A stretch of 64,000 bases of DNA, taken from contig NC_043013.1 of the NCBI RefSeq assembly GCF_006345805.1, forward strand, positions 16,616,001 through 16,680,000, read 5' to 3'. The translations under genes and the position numbers were made by a program. The DNA comes from Octopus sinensis (lineage: Eukaryota). Every line of letters starts with the position of its first letter. Position 1 is the stretch's first letter. Of the stretch, positions 1-11,833 are shown one piece after another. The notes beneath the pieces were generated by a model. It made no database searches. It was not told the origin of the DNA and worked only from the letters and a program-made list of their open reading frames with translations.

Positions 1-13
1 AATGTTATATTCG

Positions 14-46
<33 letters not shown>

Positions 47-99
47 ACTGTAGGTGTGCATGTATGCGTATATACATTACAGACATGCTCATATTTCCT

Positions 100-895
100 A
101 CCGCAAACCGCACCACTCCTCATCTTCATCACGATCCTCATCATCACAATCATACCATCCAGTACACCGTTACCACAAACAACCACCACACTTTCGCTAT
201 CGCTATCACGGCCACCATTGTTACCACTACCAACACTACCTCCTCCAACACATCGACATCTCATCACTAACCACACGGCATTACCACTGCATTACCACCA
301 CCACCAACACACCAACAACGCACCACCAATGACACTGCCACCTCTGTTACTATCACCATCACCTTCACCACAAATGCAACCATCTCCACCATATTACCAC
401 CTCTACACCAACTACTACCACCACAACCATCGCATCACCGCCATACCACAATCACTACCGCCATCTCCACCATCACAACCACTAAAACCACCACCACTAC
501 TACAACCACAACCACCACCACTACTACAACCACAACCATCACCACCACCACCACCACCACAATCACCACCACTACAACCACAACCACCACCACCACCACT
601 ACCGCCACAACCACCACCACCACCACCACCACCACAATCACCAACACTACAACCACAATCATCACCACCACCACCACCACAACCATCACCACCACCACCA
701 CCACAACCACAACCACCACTACAACCACAATCATCACCACCACCACCACAACCACAACCACCACCACTACAACCACAATCATCACCACCACCACAACCAC
801 CACCACTACAACCACAATCATCACCATCACCACCACCACAACCACAATCATCACCACCACCACCACAAACCACCACCACAACCACCACCACTCAT
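100..895. repeat. Degenerate (ACC/ACA/ATC)n trinucleotide low-complexity tract with higher-order units such as accaccactacaaccacaatcatc
   Basis: All frames on both strands are open and give P/T/H-rich or V/G-rich homopolymeric translations. No splice or domain support. Confidence 0.85.
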
Positions 896-1326
896 GTACT
901 TCTATGTCAGTCAAGCCACTCAGTAACTCTCACCTGTTGAGAAATTCTCACCTGAAAGATTGGCAACAAGAAACCAGGTCATTTCACCATCAACGAAGAG
1001 GAAGCAATGATGCATGGTAGAATGGCAGCGAACTGGAACGGATGTTGTTATTGCTGTTGTTGTTTAATCCCAGCTCAACCTTACTAAAGCTGACCTGTAA
1101 TCAGAAACATTCCAGCCGTGACCATTACGTCTTCTTTTTACCAAGGACGCATCACCTTATGTTATCTAACGAACCCTTTTTCTAAAGGATGTAATTGGAG
1201 GTACATATTACCATTTTTTTCTAGTAAGTTGGGTAACCACATAAATGTTCCCGAGGCGTAGTGGGGACTGTCGGTATGAACGATGAGGCGGTAATGGTGA
1301 TATGGCGGAAAGGAAACGGACAGCGA

Positions 1327-1356
1327 GTAACCATGGAAACAAGGTAACAAGATGGC
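1327..1356 (+). promoter_or_regulatory. Candidate RFX X-box (GTAACCATGGAAAC) followed by a YY1-like CAAGATGGC
   Basis: 1327-1340 fits the X-box pattern RTHNYY-WT-RRNRAC, within a CpG-containing, non-repetitive-looking stretch. Motif match only. Confidence 0.25.
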
Positions 1357-1474
1357 ATCGAAGTGTTGTTTATTTCATAATTTTGTTTCATAGGGTACCC
1401 GGAATTATTTTAATTTTTTTCTTAATTAAAGGAAAGATCAGTCTCCAAACCAGCAAAAAGAATTAAATGTTCTC

Positions 1475-1533
<59 letters not shown>

Positions 1534-1558
1534 TTCTTTCTCTCTCTCTCTCTCTCTC

Positions 1559-1604
<46 letters not shown>

Positions 1605-1741
1605 GCATTCTTGATTTTATTTTTCGAATTTATCACTAATGGAGAAAAAGCCGGTTTCTAACTTAGAAGTAAGATACTTTCATTGGAATTTTGACATCAA
1701 ACAGGTTAGTCCTATATCTATATGTGTCTATATACATACAT

Positions 1742-1995
1742 ACATGCATGTATGTATGTACGTACGCACGTATGTATGTATGTATGTATGTATGTATGTA
1801 TGTATGTATGTATGTATGTATGTATGCATGTATGTATGTTTGTATATATGTACGTACGTATGTATGTATGTATGTATGTATGTATGTATGTATGTTTGTA
1901 TGTATGTATGTATGTATGTATGTATGTATGTATGTATGTATGTATGCATGTATGTATGTTTGTATATATGTACGTACGTATGTATGTATGTATGT
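1742..1995. repeat. (TATG)n microsatellite with an internal ~120-bp higher-order duplication
   Basis: The variant block gcatgtatgtatgtttgtatatatgtacgtacg recurs at ~1825 and ~1945. Confidence 0.9.
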
Positions 1996-2352
1996 ACACG
2001 TCTATGTGCAGACAAATGTATGTGCACATGTAACATATGCACGTAAGTAATGGCTGTCATTGCAAATCCAGATTTTATTAGATGCTTAACTTCATGAATG
2101 TTTTACACATTTTGACAGTGCCTTTGACTGCTTGTAGCTGTAATCTGATTAGGCGTGTTCTTTCTGTCTTTTTTTGAAACCCTGCTTCTCAAATCCAAGC
2201 TTGGCCAGTTAAGCATGTAACTAAGTGTTCCAATAATTATTGAGGGAAACCTAAAGCTATCATCCGGATGGTGTAATTGCAGATTTCTCATCAGTTCAAC
2301 AAAGATGTATTCTTTTTCACCAGTCTTTAACATGTTGGCATAATTATGTTGA

Positions 2353-2755
2353 CAGGCGTGGCTGTGTGGTAAGAAGCTTGCTTACCAACCACATAGTTCC
2401 GTGTTCAGTCCCACAGCGTGGCATGTTGAATAAGTATCTTTTACTATAGCATCGGGTCGACCAAAACTTTGTGAGTGGATTTGGTAGACGGAAACTGAAA
2501 GAAGCCCGTCGTGTGTGTGTGTGAATCTCTGTGTTTTGTGTCTGTGTTCCTCTATCACCGCTTGACAAGCGGTGTTGGTTAGTCTTCACGTCCGCGTAAC
2601 TCAGCGGTTCGGCAAAAGAGAACGATCGAATAAGTACAAGGCTTTAAAAAGATAAGTACCGGGTGGTGGTGGGGGATCGATTCCTTCGAATAAAAATTCT
2701 TCAAGGCGGTGCCCCAGCATGGCCACAGTCTAATGACTGAAACAAGTAAAAAAGA
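2353..2755 (+). mobile_element. tRNA-derived SINE, family B
   Basis: Head gtggctgtgtggtaag..., body ...gtagacggaaactgaaagaagcccgtcg..., tail ...atgactgaaacaagtaaaa. Homologous copies at ~6183-6530(-), 11245-12032(+, interrupted), 13135-13485(-), 17605-18020(-), 22555-22750(-), 50360-50430(-), 51623-51900(+). Confidence 0.85.
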
Positions 2756-2764
2756 CAAAAGAAT

Positions 2765-4355
2765 CTGCTGGGTAAATGGTTACAACTACTGTGCATAGTT
2801 TCTTTTTTAATTCCCGATCGTAATGTCTGGTCTGTTTGGCATGTATTTTATTGAAGTTTTGACAGGAACATTCCATCAATTCTTTCAAATTAAGAGTGTT
2901 TGTGTCCGCCACATCACTGTAGTTTCTAATAGCTTTTCTACAGATTTCAATGTACAATATTCTAGCCAAGGCAACATGTCTCATAGGTAATACTATTTTC
3001 GGGCGGCTACTTATAATGTAGGTGTCGTTTTCTGTATTGATTCTGTAAAGCCTGCATCTGTTTTCGTAGCTCTCTGGTTCATCAGCCTCGCTATTCCTTT
3101 TGTACATCAGGCATGTTGTAGCTATTTCCTGCCCAGTATTACAAAATCACATTTCAGAATGGGAGCTAATATCTTGTTTATCAGAAAGCGGCGAGCTTGC
3201 TAAATTGTTAGCACTCCGGACAAAATGCTTAGCGGCATTTCGTCCGTCTTCACGTTCTATATTGAAATTCTATCAGGGTCGACTTTGCCTTTCATCATTT
3301 CGAGATTGATAAAATAAGTATCAGCTGAATACTAGGGTCGATGTAATCGACTTGCTCACTGGCCCGAACTTGTTAGCCTTGTGCCAAAATTTGAAACCAA
3401 TATCTTGGCTCTCAGTCCAGAATAGAGTACTACCGACGTTAATGTTGCTGTCACTTTGTAACCTTCTGGAATCGTAGTCTTGCATGGCATTTTGCTCGTA
3501 AATATATAGCCTCTCTTTTGATGACGTAGTGTTGTAGAGTTATGCAACCTCTCTGGGTGTATATATATATCCTTAGTAATCAGTCTGAACTACTCCTTTC
3601 CTATTCCCATGATGTTATCAGTCTCGTATATGCAGGTTCAATCTATGCCGGAACCTCGACGTTTGGTAGTTAATAGTAGGTGATGAAGGGATATGATGCG
3701 GCATCGTTTGGATTGACGTTGAGCTTTTGCCGCCTTGTTTCTGTTTTAACTAAGGGCAATCTACATCACTGTTGATGTAGAAATCCCTGCTATCGGCTCG
3801 CAATTAACAAGTTTTAACATGAATATGCGTCCAATCGGGTTCCCTAAATGTTGGTAAAAATCATGTAAGGACATTTATCTACTCTAAATTCCATCCCTGT
3901 ATTTTTTAAGAATGTCGTAATTAGGCCAAATCTTTACTTCTTGCTACGTTCCTTGCATATATTTTCAGATAATCGACAAAGAAGTAATGTGTTAAGTTGG
4001 TGTTTCTCTCTTCCTGTGGACTAATCGAACATCCTCCAGATTTCTTAAACAGGAAGGACAAGTTTTGTTACTGAAAGTGTAAATAGCATCACAAAGTGAC
4101 TGTAAATCTGAAACATACTTCTGTGGTACTGTATTTCTGTGGTACTGTATTTCTGTGGTACTGTATTTCTGTGGTACTGTATTTTTTGTCGGATATAATA
4201 AATAGAATCATTTCTTGCATCTAACTTCAGAACAGATTTCGCTTGTCTTTGACCTTGGTAATAGTATTTAGAATTTTAGCAAGAGGTACGGACCCTGGAA
4301 TCCACCAATGAGGCACAGAATCGAACGTTTTCTGATAAACCTCCCAGACTGACCA
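2765..4355 (-). mobile_element. 5'-truncated, decayed R4/Dong-clade non-LTR retrotransposon (RT plus RLE remnants), interrupted by a SINE at ~3185-3410
   Basis: Minus-strand translations YQKTFDSVPHWW (RT, ~4302-4337), LTHYFFVDYLKIYARN (~3955-3995), TGMEFRVDKC (~3875-3905) and RCRLYRINTENDTYIISSRPK...RH..LARILYIEICRK (decayed CCHC/RHD). The 5' end abuts (TAT)n at 4356-4377. Confidence 0.7.
3185..3410 (+). mobile_element. tRNA-derived SINE, family A
   Basis: ggcgagct...ttagca...gagttcaaattccgccgaggtcgactttgcctttcatcctttcggggtcgat-type core. Copies at 10428-10850(+, dimer), 14380-15155(-, array), 18412-18585(+), 21215-21400(-), 21895-22230(+), 26530-26750(-), 27945-28190(+), 40500-40700(-), 41840-42015(+), 56005-56200(+). 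Confidence 0.85.
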
Positions 4356-4782
4356 ATTATTATTATTATTATTATTTCTTTGATGCCGCTACACCTCTGA
4401 CGTTACAGTTTTGTTAAGTTTTATTCAGTACATCCCCAAACTTCTTTCTTTCCAGCCGCTCGTCCTGTTGCGATGGTATTATTACTATCTCAGAGATCTT
4501 GAAGGAATTGGTAAAGGCAGGCTGATGTCTTCAATTTAAGTTTTGCAATGCCTACATTTGTTGCCTGTCCATTTTTTTTTGTCTTTTATGCTCCAGGTTC
4601 TCGGCGGGTATTTCATGCGCTTGAATTGCACGGAGATAGCGTTAAAAATAGTACGCCATAAGTTTGTTGGCACTCCATTCCAAGATTTTCATATGATCTG
4701 TTCCTTCTATGGCTTGCGTCTTTCGTACTTATGCACTACCTTCTCAGTGCACTGTAGCATTTTTCATTTTGTTTTTCTGAAG

Positions 4783-5167
4783 ATGTATGTATGTCTATGT
4801 ATGTATGTATGTATGTATGTATGTATGTATGTATGTATGTATGTATGTATGTATGTATGTATGTATGTATGAATGTATGTATGTATGTATGTTTGTATGT
4901 ATGTATGTATGTATGATGTATGTATGTTTGGATGTATGTATGAATGTATGTATGTATGAATGTATGTATGTATGTATGTATGTATATTTGTATGTATGTA
5001 TGTATGTATGTATGTATGTATGTATGTATGTATGTTTGGATGTATGTATGGATGGATGGATGTATGTATGTATGTATGTATGTATGTATGTATGTATGTA
5101 TGTATGTATGTATGTATGTATGTATGTATGTATGTTTGGATGTATGTATGTTTGGATGTATGTATGT
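4783..5167. repeat. (TATG)n microsatellite; further (TATG)/(CATA)n tracts at ~5395-5470 and 5625-5765
   Basis: Direct reading. Confidence 0.95.
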
Positions 5168-5402
5168 AAGGTTTGTCTGGGGTTATAACCCTAACCACAA
5201 TAATGTACCAGAGTTTTCTATTACTCCAGTGGACATCACAGAATTTGCAGCTTACTTGAGTGCTTGAGGAATCTATGAGGGCAAAATCAAGACACGCTGC
5301 TCTAAAAGGAATATTTTTCACAGGGAAATGGTAATTTAATTTCAAGGTAAAGATGTATATACACATGGAAATCTGTATGGAAATTATGTAGGTACGTACA
5401 TG

Positions 5403-5434
<32 letters not shown>

Positions 5435-5570
5435 TGTATGTATGTATGTATGTATGTATGTATGTATGTACGTGGTGCTGTATGAACATTTAATGTGGTT
5501 TTAGAATCAAGTTTTGGCTGCTATTTCCAGCGTGATGGTATCTCTTAGATACCCTAACATATAATTTTAT

Positions 5571-5601
<31 letters not shown>

Positions 5602-5731
5602 CACGCACACACATACAAATATATGCATGCATACATACATACATTCATACATACATACATGCATGCATATATGCATACATACATGCATACATACATACAT
5701 ACATACATACATACATACATACATACATACA

Positions 5732-5763
<32 letters not shown>

Positions 5764-6530
5764 CATGCAACTTGTATATATAAATATAGCTAAATCCTTA
5801 TTCAGTGTTTATATCTCCTTGTGGTGAGTGTATATATGTTCTTCATAAACTGAGGAAATGATCGTGTTCGCTCCAAAAATTATAGCGACGCTTACTTCAC
5901 TCAATACAATATCGTTCTGTATCTACTTAACTATAACAATATCTGTATTTATTCTACTTTGACAATATATCTATTTATCTTTCTATTTACATAACTGTGA
6001 CAATATACAAAAGCACCACAAAGAGAAACTGCTGCTTGTGGTGTGACTAACATCGACAGTGTAAATAAGTACATGGACAGCATAGAATTTTAATATTATT
6101 CTCCTTCTCCGTTTATAAACTGTGCCACTTGGGTGTGTGTGCATGTGAATTTATGTCGATACACACCTATATATATACATATACTCTTTACTCTTTTACT
6201 TGTTTCAGTCATGTGACTGTGGTCATGCTGGAGCACCGCCTTTAGTCGAGCAAATCGAGCCCAGGACTTATTCTTTGTAAGCCCAGTACTTATTCTATCG
6301 GTCTTTTTTGACGAACCGCTAAGTTACGGGGACATAAACACACCAGCATCGGTTGTCAAGCGATGTTGGGGGGCGGGGACAAACACAACACACAAACATA
6401 CACATACTTATACATATATACGACGGGCTTCTTTCAGTTTCCGTCTACCAAATCCACTCGCAAGGCTTTGGTCGGCCCGAGGTTATAGTAGAAGACACTT
6501 GCCCAAGGGCCACGCAGTGGGACCGGAACC

Positions 6531-6562
<32 letters not shown>

Positions 6563-6885
6563 ATATATATATATATATCTATATATATATAATAAAGGGT
6601 AAAATTAATTAATTATTAATTAATAATTAATTCGTCAACCAAGTAATGGTTCAGCATGTAAAAAGGATCATTTACGGTAAACTTATAGTAGAAGAAATAG
6701 TAAGTTCTTTGGCTGCTATTTTTAAAAGTTCGGTATGTGCAAGCAATTTTTTTTTTTTGCTGAACCCTAATTATAATATACTCATAATTATAAAACTAAT
6801 AATATATATATATATATATATATATCTATATAATATATATAATATATATATACATATATATATATATAATATATATTATATATAG

Positions 6886-6918
<33 letters not shown>

Positions 6919-7214
6919 TATATATATAATATACATATATATATATGTATATGGTGGTGATATTTATAATCTTGGCAATTAATCATCCCAATATTTCAAT
7001 TGGTCGTTGGTACTTTCAATATGACATCTGAGGATGTGAACGGACGAAAGAATTATTACATATTTCCATTACATCTTGTAGAACATAAAATTTTGGGAAT
7101 TACATAATTACATAACATTCTATGAGATATGGAATAAAAAGTATTGTCCATTTACAGAAAGAACTGTAAAGTCAATTTGACTTCTTTTCTCATTTAAATT
7201 ATTACTTTCATATA

Positions 7215-7881
7215 CAGTGACCACACGCCATATCGCGGTTCACCTATCGCGGTTCACCTATCGCGCCCTCAGTACTTTGCGGATTTTTCTGGCTAATAAA
7301 CATAAATTTATTTCGCAGAATCCTCAGTATATCACGGATTTCTGTGGCCGATAGGTATTTATATTTTTTTTAGATTTTAATTATTTCTGTGGTAAAATAA
7401 GCATTTTTACGCTTATTTATTATTTATTAATTGATAGATTAATAAATAAAAATATAGAACAGTACTGCACTGTATAACACATTAATTAAAATATATTAAA
7501 AGAATGAGTAAACAAAGAATCACACGTACTATATAGAAAACAAAACTCGGGAGGCATTTGTGTGAAAAATTGTAAATTTATTTCTAGCCCTACGATGTTG
7601 CTCAAACATTCTACACCTTCTAAGGCTTCTGGCAGTGAACCCAAGCGCAGAAAATGTGAGACTCTGAGACATGCAAAAAAAAAAAAAAAAAAAAAAAAGA
7701 CACGGGTATTCCTAAGAGTGTGAGGAGAGTTTATAAAAGCTTAAATATATAAAAATAATAAAATAAATATATATAAATTATAAAAATATTAAAAAATATT
7801 ATACAGAACAGTACTGTTTCTACTTCGTGAACTTAACCAATTGCAGGGGCTTTGGGACTTAACCCGCGAGAGAGATTACTG
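7215..7881. mobile_element. Non-autonomous Tigger/pogo-like (Tc1-mariner superfamily) element
   Basis: TA|CAGTGACC...TCGCGGTT 5' end and ...CCCGCGAGAGATTACTG|TA 3' end: degenerate CAGT-starting TIRs with TA on both sides. No ORF. Confidence 0.55.
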
Positions 7882-7937
7882 TATATATATATATATATAA
7901 TATATAATCTATATATATGGGGGAGATTCACAAAAAA

Positions 7938-7974
<37 letters not shown>

Positions 7975-7980
<6 letters not shown>

Positions 7981-8180
7981 GAGAATTCACAAAAAAACAA
8001 AGACGAAGACAGGGGAAGTGAAAAAGTCTTAACTTTCGAGCCTACGCTCTTCCACAGAAAGGAACACAGAAAGAAACAAGGGGAGAAAATAAAGAATGTG
8101 TAGTGGCTAGCGATCTATCATGGCGAATGCCGGACAGAAGGGTCACACAGGAGAGTTAGGGAGAAGGGAGATAATAGCCC
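7975..8180 (-). mobile_element. ~200-bp microsatellite-flanked interspersed repeat carrying a minimal hammerhead-like motif; copies at ~27345-27610, 28512-28712, 28815-29005
   Basis: Shared sequence ...aaagacgaagacagg...tttcgagcctacgctctt...cagaaa...gatctatcatggc in four places. Confidence 0.75.
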
Positions 8181-8181
8181 T

Positions 8182-8214
<33 letters not shown>

Positions 8215-8307
8215 GCACATATTATATTAAAGGAAAAATCAAAACCAAGGCAGAACAAGTATCTCAAGTCGTTTAGAATAATTTAATTAGGGTGAAGTGA
8301 ATCTGAA

Positions 8308-8383
8308 GCCTTACAGCCGTTTCTGGGATAACCCAAGTGGTAGGTTAGCATGTCCATGCTATGGGTACTCCGTCATCAGAGAC
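8308..8383 (-). ncRNA. Type I hammerhead ribozyme motif (Penelope-like repeat), inverted partner of 8510-8585
   Basis: Reverse complement: GTCT-CTGATGA-(long imperfect stem II)-GAAAC-GGCT-GTA-AGGC. Confidence 0.7.
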
Positions 8384-8509
8384 AAGGTATGAATATTTTA
8401 GACAGAGAAAATTTACAGCTTACAAGCAATAAAATGAATTCACAGTTTATAAGGAATAAAATTCCTTTATTCTTTTATTTTATTCCTTATAAATTGTGAA
8501 TCTTACCTT

Positions 8510-8585
8510 GTCTCTGATGACGGAGTACCCAGTGCGTGGACATGCTAACCTACCACTTGGGTTATCCCAGAAACGGCTGTAAGAC
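8510..8585 (+). ncRNA. Type I hammerhead ribozyme motif
   Basis: Stem I GTCT/AGAC, core CTGATGA 8514-8520, stem II GGAGTACCCAGTG...CACTTGGGTTATCC, GAAA 8570-8573, near-palindromic loopless stem III ACGGCTGT, GUA cleavage triplet (cut after 8581). Confidence 0.75.
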
Positions 8586-8816
8586 TTCTAATTCACCTTG
8601 CCCTAATTAAATTATTCTTTATGACTTGACATACTCGTTCTGCCATGGTTTTGCTTTTCCCTCTAATATAATGCATACCTGCTATAAACGGAACCCTAAT
8701 ACGGATCCCTAGATCCAGCTTCAGCTGTGAACTTGGAACCAAACTGACGACCAACTATAGCACTTACTCAGCGTACAAATTCGTTTAGATCACAAATGAA
8801 CGAAGCCCCTCATGTT

Positions 8817-8865
<49 letters not shown>

Positions 8866-8877
8866 ATTTTATAGAAG

Positions 8878-8930
8878 GAGCTTCTACAGGACTAGAACTT
8901 TTTCATTCAAATGAAATCATCAGGAAGCTC
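8878..8930 (-). ncRNA. Type I hammerhead ribozyme motif, second family (one stem III mismatch)
   Basis: Reverse complement: GAGCTTC-CTGATGA-TTTCATTTGAAT-GAAA-AAG-TTCTAGTC-CTGTA-GAAGCTC. The 7-bp stem I extends with TATAGAA/TTCTATA. The sister copy at 11657-11683 has GAAACAG pairing with CTGT. Confidence 0.7.
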
Positions 8931-9029
8931 TTCTATAAAATAAATAATTTACTCTGCTATGTATTGAGTACCTTATTTACTGTGGTTAACCCCGACTCAA
9001 CCCGGGACCCTACATATATATTATATATA

Positions 9030-9078
<49 letters not shown>

Positions 9079-9332
9079 CTATTCACTTGTAAGGAAAACA
9101 TGTCAGTGACTTTGAAGTTTCGCCGCGTGCGGGCTCTGCCTTTGATATCCTACTTGCATCTATCATTTAATATTTCACTGTATGTAGGACTGTACATAAA
9201 ACCACATGTACACACACACAGATGCACACACACAGACACACACACACACATACACACGCACACACAACACACACACACACACACACACACACAACTAATG
9301 CATGTATACACATGTATAAAGGCAGACATTTC

Positions 9333-9387
<55 letters not shown>

Positions 9388-9591
9388 GGAGGGATGGATA
9401 AGCAGGGAGAAAGACACAGAGGAAGAGGTGGGGAAGAAAGAAAAGGTGAGAACATTTTATCAATGATTTATTAAGTCACGTCGACCTGTCCTAATTGACC
9501 TCCTCTACAAACAGGTGATATAATATAGTTTCCTAGACTTCATCCTGCTGTAGTGTGAACGGATCTTTTCCTTTTGAATGGCAGGCAATTC

Positions 9592-10170
9592 CTAGTTAAC
9601 TAAAACTAGTTAACTAAAACTTCGTATACTGGTAGAACGTGTCAAAATAAAACATTTTTTTCTCTTGGCTTTCTTGAGAAAATTGTAATTTGTTTGTTTA
9701 ACGTAGTTTAAGTTTTCGAATTTTAACCAATCCTATGCTCTCTTTTGAGCTAAAATCATTTGCTGCGTCTAAAACTGAGACAACATCCTGTAACTAACCC
9801 TAAGTCTCCCCCCTAACCCTAACCCTAACCCTAATTTTTTTTTTCTTAATTGTTAAATTAATTTAATTGTTACGCGTGTAAAAAAAACTAAAGCAATGGA
9901 ATTAAATTAATTTAACAATTAAGAAAAAAAAATTAGGGTTAGGGTTAGGGTTAGGGTTAGGGGGGAGGCTCAGGGTTAGTTACAGAATGTTGTCTCAGTT
10001 TTAGACGCAGCAAATGATTTTAGTTGAATGGAGGTAATCGATTGGTTAAAATTGCCGAAATGCTCGGATTTTCAGACGAAATATCATAGAAACTATAGAA
10101 TTTTCTCAATAAAACCAACAGAAAATGATGTATACCAGTATACGAAGTTTAAAAGTGTTTAGTTAACTTG
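9592..10170. mobile_element. ~580-bp foldback/MITE-like element whose arms contain (CCCTAA)4 and (TTAGGG)5
   Basis: Left arm ...cttcgtatactggta...aaaatcatttgctgcgtctaaaactgagacaacat..tgtaactaaccct... is the reverse complement of the right arm. Telomeric tracts at 9811-9834 and 9933-9962. Confidence 0.8.
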
Positions 10171-10427
10171 AAATTGTGTTGTCATCTGCCGTCCAAAAGG
10201 AAAAGATCCGTGTGAACTCTGAACCTCTACGTTGCACACTTGAATCAAGTAAGGAACCTCTATCTCCAATGGTAGTCCATTATTCTAGAAACAGGGCATT
10301 CTTACAGATGTGTACCCCGCCCCCGCCACGACTTTATTGCCTCATAACTCCCAGTAAAATGGATATTTTTTTAATGAAATTTTCAACGAATATGCTTCAG
10401 ATAGTGTAGAATCTGATTATATCGGAA

Positions 10428-10850
10428 AAGGCGGGGAGCTGGCAAAAACATTAGCACGCCGGGCGAAATACTTAGTGGTATTTCGTCTGCCGTTACGTTC
10501 TGAGTTCAAATTCCGCCGAGATCAACTTTGCCTTTCATCCTTTCAGGGTCTATTAAATAAGTACCAGTTACGCACTGGGGTCGATGTAATCGACTTAATC
10601 CCTTTGTCTGTCCTTGTTTGTCCCCTCTGTGTTTAGCCCTTTGTGGGTAGTAAAGAAATAGAAACAGGTATTTCGTCTGCCTTTATGTTCTGAGTTCAAA
10701 TTCCGCCGAGGTCAACTTTGCCTTTCATCCTTTCGGGGTCGATTAAATAAGTACCAGTTACGCACTGGGGTCGATGTAACCGACTTAATCCTTTTGTCTG
10801 TCCTTGTTTGTCCCCTCTGTGTTTAGCCTCTTGTGGGCAATAAAGAATTA
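10428..10850 (+). mobile_element. Head-to-tail SINE-A dimer flanked by a 10-bp target-site duplication
   Basis: TATATCGGAA at 10418-10427 and 10851-10860. The host sequence is related to an inverted copy at ~12085-12270. Confidence 0.8.
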
Positions 10851-11426
10851 TATATCGGAATATGTGGTGAAAACTATTTTCCGTGGGTGGGGTGGGGAGT
10901 TTCAGAAAATTCACACACGACGACTTCCTTTACTTGTAACTTTCAGAAAAATGGGGTTTTTTTTTTTTTAATTAAATTTTTTATAAACATTTTTCAGCGT
11001 GTATAGATTGCGAGTGCATTGGGAACTAATTTTCAAAAAATGTGGTGGGCTCGTACACATATATAGTAATACACGTATATATAAAAAGACACTTGAAATT
11101 TCGAAAAACATTGTCATGCGTATCAGTGTGTGTGCTCACTATTCTACTATTCGCATCAAATTCCGATATAATTGCAATTTACTCACTCTGAAAAGTTTTG
11201 TAGAAAATTTCATTGAAAACAACCCATTGTATGCATAAGGATTTCTGTGTGATAAGAAGCTAGTTTCTCAACCACTAGGTTTCAGGTTCAGTCCCACTGC
11301 GTGGCATCTTGGGCAGGTGTCTTCTACTGTAGCCTCGGGCCGGCCAAAGCTTTGTGAGTGGAATTGGTTGACGGAAACTGAAAGAAGCCTGTTGTGTGTT
11401 TATACATACATACATACATACATACA

Positions 11427-11510
<84 letters not shown>

Positions 11511-11576
11511 GGTCCCGGGTTGATTCGGGGTTAACCACAGTAAATAAGGTACTCAATACATAGCAGAGTAAAATTA

Positions 11577-11833
<257 letters not shown>

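Noticed and set aside
2-940. 312-aa proline-rich ORF resembling an extensin or formin FH1 region (SPPPP repeats)
   Set aside because: It starts in a (TG)n microsatellite, all frames of the ACC-rich tract are open, and it has no non-repetitive domain. Best explained as simple-repeat DNA.
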